From Octopus bimaculoides (taxonomy: Eukaryota), in NCBI RefSeq assembly GCF_001194135.2, contig NC_068990.1, forward strand, positions 71,207,112 through 71,239,424: DNA of 32,313 nucleotides. The letters are read 5' to 3'. Each line of letters starts with the position of its first letter. The first letter of the stretch is position 1. The translations under genes were made by a program, and so were the position numbers. The notes below the pieces were generated by a model. It searched no databases. It was not told the DNA's origin and saw only the letters and a list, made by a program, of their open reading frames with translations. Of this stretch, positions 1 to 9,198 are shown piece after piece.

Positions 1-248
1 GTGAAAATGAATTCGGAGGACAAGTCTTCTAACCCTGACCAAGCTAACCAAAGAGCAACTGTAAAACAAGACAAAATGAACAAAAATGTGAACGAAAGCC
101 ACATAAATGCAGTAAACGGAAAAAGGAACCAAGAAGGGAAAATAAATGCTGAAAACGATTAGATGAATAACGGAAAAGTAAACCCAACAGAAGATAATCA
201 AAAGAAGATTAATTTTGCCACCGCAGCCGGTGTGAGAAAAGATAAATT
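1..248 (+). repeat. Exact duplicate of 480-727 (ORF1 start), probably contig overlap at a 10-N gap
   Basis: Identical by eye to 480-727 and ends at the 10-N gap 249-258. Confidence 0.85.
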
Positions 249-485
249 NNNNNNNNNNGTTAGCACGCTGCGGTTAATTTGTCTTTGCGAGAATTTGGTT
301 AGTAATTGTTATTATTATTTATTGTTATTGTTGCCATTTATTGTTAAATTTTGAACTTTTGTTATTGTTCTACGTTCTGTTTTAATAGACGTAGTGGACT
401 GTTGTTTCCCTCCTTACGGAGGGGAAAATAATTTTTGAAATAATGTTTGAAAAAAATATTTTAGAAAATATTTATCTTTGTGAAA

Positions 486-1930
486 ATGAATTCGGAGGAC
501 AAGTCTTCTAACCCTGACCAAGCTAACCAAAGAGCAACTGTAAAACAAGACAAAATGAACAAAAATGTGAACGAAAGCCACATAAATGCAGTAAACGGAA
601 AAAGGAACCAAGAAGGGAAAATAAATGCTGAAAACGATTAGATGAATAACGGAAAAGTAAACCCAACAGAAGATAATCAAAAGAAGATTAATTTTGCCAC
701 CGCAGCCGGTGTGAGAAAAGATAAATTGAACAAAGAGCTAGATTTATTGCGGCAACACAGAGGTAAGTTAGAAAGGGAAGGTTTTGATGTTAAAGCCACC
801 CTCCCTAACGAACTCATCGAAGAAACAAAGAGGAACGTAATAACATATAAGACAATGATAATAAAAGACAAGAAAATAGACAAGGCATCCAAAGAACAAA
901 TCGAGAAGCGCCTACAACCCATCTGACAAGACATCGAGTTCTTGACCAGAGGGAGAAGATACGCCACAGTAGTGGTGTACTTCATAAATGAGGAAAAGGC
1001 TATAAAACACTCGCTCCAACCGATAAAAACCAATGAAGTCATTTTATTACCAACTTATATGGGTAGGAAAACATCCAGAATAGTTATTGAGGAAATCCCA
1101 CCAGAAATAAATGTCATCTGGATTATCTCAGCCCTTCTAATGGGGCTGGAGTATAAAATCAAGATTATTGAAGCTTCCAGAATACAGCAACAGANNNNNN
1201 NNNNNNNNNNNNNNNNNNNNNNNNNNNNNNNNNNNNNNNNNNNNNNNNNNNNNNNNNNNNNNNNNNNNNNNNNNNNNNNNNNNNNNNNNNNNNNNNNNNN
1301 NNNNNNNNNNNNNNNNNNNNNNNNNNNNNNNNNNNNNNNNNNNNNNNNNNNNNNNNNNNNNNNNNNNNNNNNNNNNNNNNNNNNNNNNNNNNNNNNNNNN
1401 NNNNNNNNNNNNNNNNNNNNNNNNNNNNNNNNNNNNNNNNNNNNNNNNNNNNNNNNNNNNNNNNNNNNNNNNNNNNNNNNNNNNNNNNNNNNNNNNNNNN
1501 NNNNNNNNNNNNNNNNNNNNNNNNNNNNNNNNNNNNNNNNNNNNNNNNNNNNNNNNNNNNNNNNNNNNNNNNNNNNNNNNNNNNNNNCCCATCACCCGCC
1601 AAGCCCAGGCAATCTGTCCTCGATATCAAATCCAAGAAAATCTAACTAATATAAGGAAATACTGACTGCAATAAACAATGATAACGAACAATTAAAAAAA
1701 AAAGGTTAAAGCTAATACCAACGGCGTCAATTTACAAGCATCACCGTAAGATTCCATAAAATATTGTCATTTATAAAATAGATAAAATGAACTATCGCAT
1801 CTTAAAGAACTACCACCCAACTGACATGGGTCCTTCAAGACTTGCTTTTAACGAGTCGATGTACGAGGACCTATGTCAGAATATCACCCTACGAACCAGT
1901 GAAAAAGAGAGTACCACTGACTAAGGTAAG
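486..1930 (+). pseudogene. ORF1 (gag-like) of copy A, disrupted, partly in an N-gap (1195-1587)
   Basis: One frame from ATG 486 to the gap, broken only by TAG 639-641 and TGA 924-926. The segment ...LLMGLEYKIKIIEASRIQQQ aligns with copy B MGLEEEIIILEASEIHQQ. The post-gap part aligns with copy B 3750-4095 (IPTA.IYK.H..MYEDLCQ). Confidence 0.75.
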
Positions 1931-1933
1931 TCC

Positions 1934-3169
1934 ATGTCAAGCATTCACGTTGGATGTATAAATGTGCGTGGCCTGTAGCAGCCTCCGTTAACCAGCTGTG
2001 GATTCAGAAGTATTGAAAAGAAGCAAGGAATTGATTCAGTGAGAAGGGACAAGACTAAAGTTGACTCCCCCGAAAGCAAGGACTCCTCCTAAATGACGTC
2101 AGGTCACGGGATTTAGATGTTGTTGCTACAGAAACCCAGTTGAAGGGGCCAAGAGATCTGCTTCGCTGTTTGACGGTTACGAGGGTTTCATCTCTCCGTG
2201 CTGTCCTCATAGCGGGATCGAGGTGTTGGTCCTATTAAAAAGAAACCGGGTTTCTGAGAAAAAGTTGATTTTTGCAGATCCAGAAGGTAGGCTGGTCGTC
2301 ATTGATTTGACGTTCAGCCGTTGTAAGACTATCAGACTGGTTGCAATTTATGCACCTCAAGATACGGGACAAACTGAGTATTATCGGAACCTAGAGAAGT
2401 TTCTTGGTACATCACATCCCTTAGTTATGCTAGGAGACTATTACACAATCTGCGATGCACGCGTAGATTATGTTGGCTCGTGTGTTAATAGGAGAAGTAA
2501 TGTTTGCTTCCAGGATCTACTAAGATGTTTTGAGCTGGTAGATCCATACAGACATGAATTTCCGAACGCTCCATTGTGGACATGGGCAAATAGCGACGGA
2601 TCTTCCAGGTCTTATCTAGATAGAGTATTAATTAGAAAAGTAGATAAGAAGATAACTAGGTGTCCACAGTTTCACATGGTCAGCTACAGTGATCACAAGT
2701 TGGCCACCTGTAAGCTCGACATAGATAAGTTATATAGGCTACTGGAAACTTAATACGTCCCTTTTGGCGATTAAGGAGTACAGAGACCGGATTAAGATGT
2801 TAATTCAGAGGGCATTAACCGGATCCATTATTAACAACAAATGGTGATATGCTCTCAAGCGAGTCATCAAATATGAGTCTATTAGATACAGTATAGGTTT
2901 AGTGGCTAGAGAGGCTAGAAGGGAATCAGCTCTAGTTAAGGACTTAGAGGAAGCGATACGAACTGGTTCAGGTGAAGATCAAGAGACTGATGTTAAACCA
3001 GCACCTCGAAGCTAAACATATGGGTTGCATTGTCAGGGCTAGACAACGTGCAATGGGTTGTGAGTGAATCAATGCTGCGGGATGGGCCCGAGTGGTGGAA
3101 GCCCAACGTGGCAATGATGCCACAATTCGATCTTTGACGAACCAACAAGGTAAGTTGATAGACAAACCC
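1934..3169 (+). pseudogene. ORF2 N-terminus (apurinic-like endonuclease plus linker) of copy A, 3'-truncated
   Basis: MSSIHVGCINVRGL...IRLVAIYAP...LGDYYTICD...WTWAN...SYLDRVL...SYSDHKL. Clearly homologous base by base to 4101-5242. Stops abruptly before the RT domain. Confidence 0.9.
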
Positions 3170-4100
3170 TACTAATGGGGCTCGAAGAAGAAATAATAAT
3201 ACTAGAGGCCTCAGAAATCCACCAGCAGAACTGGAAGGGGCAAGGCCTCGAGGTCATCATGCAAGCGGCGCCACAGACCCTGGAAAAGATGGTGGAAAAT
3301 GTACACCTCGGAGAAGAAACCACCTTACGGGTAATGGTGGAGGGGAGAAGATCCTGGTGCTTCGAATGTGGAGAGAAGGGTCACATTCGGGCAAGCTGTC
3401 CTACCTGTAAGGTGGAGACGGCCCCAGAAGAAGAGGCAGAGACACAGAAGACCGACCAGCAGGCGCCCAGCAATGAAAACACTCAACTAGCTGGGAGTGA
3501 AGATGGTTGGTAGACTGTAAAAAGAAAAAAACCTACCCAAAAGGAAGAACTCCAATCCCACCCCCTCAACATCCAGCACGAACAAGGAAAATGCTCCCTC
3601 AGCAGACACACACGAAATTCAAACTACCCTTCCCCACCACTATTCACAAAAAAGAAACAGCAATATCCCCTCCTTCAAACCCTGATATCCTCCCCTCCAG
3701 CCAAGATATTTCACCCCTCCCATCCTCCTTCTCCAGTCCTGATATCCCCCTCCCTCGTACATCCGCCCAGCCCAGGAAAATTATCCAGTCCCGTAAAAAA
3801 ACTGGCAAAACAAACTATTATTAGTGGTAATAAATGCCAAAAATGAATAATTGTCAACACGTATTAAAAATATCCCTACAGCAAAAATATACAAAGAACA
3901 CTATACAAAACTTCCGGAAGGAATTTTGACATACCACATAGACGATACAGATCTCGGAATATTAAAATCCTACTTTCCCACAGACATAGGCCCTCGAGGT
4001 TGGACAGTAAGTCCATGTACGAGGACCTGTGTCAAACCACCCCACGAGCCCGTGTAAAGGAAAAGACAAGGCCGAAAGCCACAGATGCCAAGGTAAGTAG
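3167..4100 (+). pseudogene. 3' half of ORF1 of copy B with CCHC zinc knuckle
   Basis: C-X2-C-X4-H-X4-C (CFECGEKGHIRASC) at 3358-3399, followed by a Pro/Ser-rich region. Frameshifts and stops downstream. Confidence 0.85.
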
Positions 4101-7100
4101 ATGGCTTGTATTCATGCTGGTTGTTTGAATGTGCGTGGCCTGGGATCAAGCTGGAAGCAAGGTCGCTTCCTTAATGACATCAGGTCGCGCAATTTGGATG
4201 TCATTGTTGCTACGGAAACCCGGTTAAGGGGGCCAAGAGATCTCCCGCTATTTGATGGCTATGAGAGTTCTTTTCTCTCCAGCTGGCGGGAGTGGGGTGT
4301 TGGTCCTGTTAAAAAGAAACCAGGTTTCTGAGAAAAAGTTAATTTTTTCAGATCCAAGGTAGGCTGGTCGTCGTGGATTTGACGCTCAGTCGTGGTAAGA
4401 TTATCAGACTAGTTGCAATTTATGCACCCGCTGAAAACGGACAAAGTGAGTATTTTCGGAACCTGGAGAAGTTTCTCGGTACATCACATCCCTTAGTTGT
4501 GCTAGGAGACTATAACACAATCTGCGACGCATGCGTATGTTGGCTCGTGTTCTGATAGAAGAGGTAATCCTTGCTTCCTGGAACTGCTAAGCCACTTTGA
4601 GCTAGCAGACGCTCATAGGCTGGAATTTCCGAATGCTCCAATGTGGACATGGTCAAACAGCGACAGATCTTCCAGGTCATACCAAGATATGGTGTTAATT
4701 AGAAAAGCAGATATGTATATTGTTAGGTGTCCACAGTTTTTCCCGGTCAGCTACAGTGATCATAAAATGCTCACCTGTACGATCGACATAGATAAGTTAT
4801 ACAATAGAGGATCCAGCTACTAGAAACTTAATACGTCCCTTTTGGCGATTAAGGAGTACAGAGATAGGATTAAGTTATTGATTCAGAGGGCATTAACCGG
4901 ATCTGTTATTAATAACAAATAGTAGTATGCCCTCAAGCGAGCCTTTAAATTTGAGTCTATTAGATATAGCATATGTTTAGTGGCTAGAGAGACTAGGAAG
5001 AAATTAGCATTAACTAAGGACTTAGAGGAAGCAATGTAATCTGGCTCTGCAGCTCAGGTGACGGCCAAGAGACTGTCGTTAAACCAGCACCTCGAAGCCC
5101 AGCATATGGGTTGAATTGTCAGAGCTAGGATTCGTGCATTGGGTTGTGAAGGAATCAAGGCCTAACCCTAACCCTAAGCCCAACGTGGCAACGGTGGCAC
5201 AATTCGATCTTTGACGAACCAACGAAGTTGATAAACGAGCCCGAGATGTGTGAGGTCTTTCAGGACCACTCGCCCAGCTTTTCTGGGGTGGGGGCGGAAC
5301 GGACAGTAGGAAGGACCTAACGGACTTCCTCGCCGGGCTTCCACGACTCTCGGGGCAGGACGCGGAATGTTGTGAAGGGCCGGTCACGCCTGAGGAGGTA
5401 ATTGAGGCTATGGCGGACTGCGACGCGGGTAAGGCGCCGGGACTGGATGGTCTAGCCTATGAACTGTATAAGAGTATACCAGACTTGTTCGGGCACCTGC
5501 TGGCGAATGTCTACGCGAACTGGCAGCAGAATGGGTTCATTCCCAGATCTGTGCGCCGGGGAGTGGTAACGCTTATCAGAAAGGACCCGAACAAGGCGGA
5601 TTGCATTGATAATTTTCGGCCCATCAGTCTGCTAAACACTGAGTTGAAGATTTTGGCCAAAGTGTTATCGAAAAGATTGGCACGTGTCGCGAATGGCTTG
5701 ATGGGGAAGGCAAAGACATGTGCCGTTCCCGGTAGAACCATTCAAGATAATCTCCATCTTCCACAGTACACTGTAGAGGGGTTTAATAATGATTCTGGCA
5801 AGGGAGGGGCAGTGGTCCGTTTAGACCAATCAAAGGCTTTTCATAGGGTAGACCATCATTGCCTGGTGTCCGTTCTGGCACAGTTCGGCCTGGGTCTTGG
5901 CTTCCTCAGGTGGATCATTGAAATTCATCACAACATCGACTCGGTAGTTCGGATGAGCGGCTTTTTATCTAAGCCATTCAGCATCAAACGATCGGTTCGT
6001 CAAGGATGTCCGCTCTCCCCGCTTTTGTATGTAATGGCTCTTGAGCCATTGCTGCGAAAGCTGAGCGACATCCTGAGATAGCCAAGTTGTGGAGAGTCAG
6101 TTTCAGCGTACGCGGACATTACCATCATCGTAACCAAAATGAATCACCTACAGAGGGTAGGCAAAGCCATTGAGGAATACGAGACGGTGACAGGAACAAA
6201 GTTTAATCGTGAAAAGTCAGTCGGCTTGCAACTCCGCGCCTGGAGAGGCAAGTCGATGCCTCCTGACAGCGTCGTGGGACGTTGGACGGAGGGTCCGTTA
6301 AGTTGCTAGGAGCCTGGTTTGGACCAGGCCTCCAAATAGAGAAAAACTGGGCCGAGGTATCGTGCAGGGTGGCCCACATAGCAAAGACCTGGTCTTGGCG
6401 GTGGCTATCCCTGAAAGGGAGGGCGGAGGTGGCCAACGTGTTCTTGTGGAAGGGCTCGAAGCCGCTTGTGAGACGCTCTATTTGCTGCCAACAACCGTTA
6501 AAAGGTGGGCTAGGGATGCCTTGGCTGATGATGCGCAGGCACGCGCTGAGGCTGAGGCATCTGTGGCTCCATCTGGATGGTGAACGGGTGTGGTCTCCGC
6601 TAGCGAAACAGATGTTTCCCAAGTTCACTTGTTTCGGTGGACTGGAAACCTGGTTCAATCGTCAATCGAAGTTGGGTACATGGTTTACGGAGTGTCGTAA
6701 GGCTCTCCGGATATTCCATCTCTCGGGCAATGCCTGCGGTAGTGGTTCTATCACATTCTTCTATAGAGGGTTGGTAGAGGCGAAATGTGACGATACCTTG
6801 GGGGAAGCCCTAGGTCTCGATGATAATCAGCTGGCCAGTTGGTTCCAACGTACATTCGGGCCGAAGACACTGGATAACTTCCAGAAGTCTTTGGCATGGC
6901 AATGTTATCGAGGAGCCTTACCTGTCCAGGACAAGCTCGCAAGGCTTGGTGACTCTGATCCACCGACCTGTCCAAGATGTGGGCGAGACAAGGAAACCGT
7001 CCCGAACCCTATTGTTCAGTGTTCGGTGTCAGATGTGGGGGTTTATACCGAACAACTGTTGTCAAGTACAGCCATCGACTGAGTCAATAGTAAAAATTGA

Positions 7101-7357
7101 CCCACCGGATTTCCTATCGAAAAAAAGGTAAGGATTGCTTTCTCATCGTAGTTGCAATTGCGAGAGGGATGATTTGGATGACGCGAGTGAAAGGGTTAAT
7201 AACAGGCATTTTTATCTATGGTCCTGGGTTGGTGAATTTCTTCACCTTCCACCTAAGAAGGAAAATAGGGCTAGAGAGAAAATGTTTCAAGATCGATGAA
7301 AGAATGTCGCACGAATGTTGCGTATGGATGGGACCGCATGAATACAACGCAGGATGA
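4101..7357 (+). pseudogene. ORF2 (endonuclease - reverse transcriptase - C-terminal zinc finger) of copy B, fragmented
   Basis: EN fragments 4101-4823. RT core in ORF 5410-6081, with the YADD motif reduced to YAD at about 6108-6116. Tx1-like RHALRLRHL, AWQCYRGALPV and CPRCGRDKET in 6282-7082. The 3' boundary is approximate. Confidence 0.92.
5161..5177. repeat. Short interstitial telomeric repeat (CCTAA CCCTAA CCCTAA)
   Basis: Reverse complement of (TTAGGG)n. Absent from the homologous position of copy A (about 3074-3097). Confidence 0.7.
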
Positions 7358-7548
7358 ACCTAAAGCATCAGTGGTGAGGCGAGGCTAATGGGGTCCGAAC
7401 ATATCCCGCCTCCCCACTCCATTCTGTAATGTCTTGTATATGTTATCATCCGAACTCTTCATATTTATGTATAATTTTAAAATTCATCTTTGTGTCAATT
7501 CATACGTTAAATCTGACCCATATCAGGCTGTACTGTCCCCTTGTGGGA

Positions 7549-7558
7549 AATAAAAAAA
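7549..7558 (+). terminator. Poly(A) signal AATAAA running into the A-tail of the LINE
   Basis: gggaAATAAAAAAAtt directly after the 3'UTR, preceded by a small tccc-cttgt-ggga hairpin. Confidence 0.7.
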
Positions 7559-7561
7559 TTC

Positions 7562-7740
7562 CAAAATGTTTAGCGACATATCGTCCGTTCTTACAAACTG
7601 AATTCAAATTCCGCCGCGATCAGCTTTGCCTTTCCTCCTTTCGGAGTCGATAAAATAAGAACCAATTGAGCACTGAGGTTGATTTAATCGACTTAGCTCC
7701 TCCATCAAAATTGCCGGCCTTTTGTGGAAATTTGAAACCA
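7562..7740 (+). mobile_element. tRNA-type SINE family A, 3' part; its 5' part appears to be 259-271
   Basis: Aligns with 7793-7876 and 22405-22563 (caaaatg.ttagc...ttcaaattcc...ctttgcctttc.tcctttc..gtcgataaaataag). B-box-like TTCAAATTCC. Confidence 0.8.
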
Positions 7741-7757
7741 GTATTTGTCCTTAATGA

Positions 7758-7876
7758 AGGCGGTGAGCTGACAGAACCGTTAGCACGCTGCACAAAATGC
7801 TTAGCAATATTTCGTCCGTTTTTACGTTCTGAGTTCAAATTCCACTCGAGATCGACTTTGCCTTTCATCCTTTCGG
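7758..7876 (+). mobile_element. tRNA-type SINE family A, 3'-truncated by microsatellite
   Basis: ggcggtgagctgacagaaccgttagcacg...GAGTTCAAATTCC (Pol III B-box-like). Several other copies in the window. Confidence 0.85.
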
Positions 7877-8003
7877 TGCGTGTGCGTGTGTGTGTGTCTG
7901 TATATATATATATATATATATATAACTAACTAATACACCTGTCTCCGTCCATTTTGTTTTTCTATAAATTTCAACTCTCTCTCTCTCTATATATATATAT
8001 ATA
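7877..8003. repeat. Compound microsatellites (TG)n/(TA)n/(CT)n
   Basis: Direct reading. Confidence 0.95.
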
Positions 8004-9128
8004 ATAGCTATCCGCCACGGTACAGTAAAGGTCGGGGTTGTATGTCTATCTCATCTATTGTTTTTCATACGAATGGTGTCCGAGTATTTAGCATCATTTA
8101 TTTATTTTTTCATAATAGGCTCTTAGGAAATATAGGAACGTCAGAGCTTTCTAATAACACATTTCCAATAATATAGCGGTTTTGTTATTGTTTTTTTTTT
8201 TTGTATATGTATGTAAAAGTAGAAAATATTTATTTCACGCAAGTATAAGATTAGTAGAAATATAATTACAAACTAATCAAATATTGGAATTAATTAAATC
8301 AGCTAGAATACTCCCGAAATTTGCGACTGTTTATTTTAGGAACTATCTAAAATTATTCAGTTTGTCACAACTTCTGTTCGAACGTAAATAACCTCATCTT
8401 CACCTTTTAGCTGTTGCCGTAAAGGAGATGGGAAAGTGAAGTGTTAATGGTGGGAGGGTGGTTAATTTTAACTATCGAACGAAATCGGAAACATTATCAA
8501 CATTTTTTAACAGAAAGAAATAATTTTATGGAGATTATAAATTTATACATCAAAATAGAAATAAGAACATACAAAAGGCGGAATTTCCACGGATTAGGCG
8601 AATTATTAACAGCTGAGAGCAGCAGGTGTAGTGGAGCACCTGAAAAATGCATTTCGCTAATTAGTTTCTATTGTTATACACCTCGAGTTCAAATCTCAGG
8701 TTATTTTTTATGCTTCAAAAGTTGGTAAAATAAGTAAAACTCAACTATTGCAGTCGGTTTAATTGTGGGACGGTGCTACTACTATATGCATCTCAGACTG
8801 TATCTATAATGAGTGGTATTAGGTTGTTCACTAACACAATCCAACCTCTGACCTACGGACGTGTTGTCCCAAAAAGTGTACATAATTCTCATTTGAATAA
8901 CTAACAAGATGTGACAACATGAATAACATTATTTTGTGTTTATTTTAATACCACAATGACCTCCTGCAGTTAGGTCATTAGTTAGCCGTGTTCAAGTGGT
9001 AATTAACGAAAGTGTGACGGTTTAGTTCATCCTTTTCGTAAGGTTGAATATAGTTTCTTCATTTTGGATTTTTAAAAATATATATTAAATTATATCCTAA
9101 ATTAATTATCTGTTGAAATAAAGTGAGG

Positions 9129-9198
9129 GGTACTACTAAAGCAGCACGGTCCCGAACGCTCAGTCGCGCGTCCGGGTCCGTGCTGCTTTAGTAGTACC
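9129..9198. mobile_element. 70-bp hairpin MITE with 21-bp perfect TIRs and 9-bp TSD (Merlin- or Mutator-type)
   Basis: GGTACTACTAAAGCAGCACGG (9129-9149) is the exact reverse complement of 9178-9198. AAAGTGAGG is repeated directly at 9120-9128 and 9199-9207. Confidence 0.85.

Larger units (their letters stand above)
272..7558 (+). mobile_element. Composite, degenerate Tx1-clade (L1 superfamily) non-LTR retrotransposon: copy A (272-~3169) fused to 5'-truncated copy B (~3167-7558)
   Basis: ORF1 with a CCHC knuckle. ORF2 has APE motifs (NVRG, ET, GDYN, SDH), RT motifs (KAPGLDG, NFRPISLLN, LDQSKAFHRVDH, SVRQGCPLSPLLY, YAD) and a C-terminal GALPV/CPRCG..ET zinc-finger region. It ends in AATAAA plus an A-run at 7549-7558. 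Many stops and frameshifts. Confidence 0.9.

Noticed and set aside
1-727. Apparent tandem duplication of the ORF1 start (1-248 = 480-727)
   Set aside because: 100% identical and abutting a 10-N placeholder gap; typical unmerged contig overlap rather than biology.
639-926. ORF1 stops (TAG 639, TGA 924) as programmed readthrough or editing sites
   Set aside because: Simple C-to-T decay explains both, and the rest of the element has many frameshifts.
9139-9149. AGCAGCACG resembling the miR-15/16 seed
   Set aside because: It lies within a transposon TIR and the rest does not match miR-15/16; likely coincidence.
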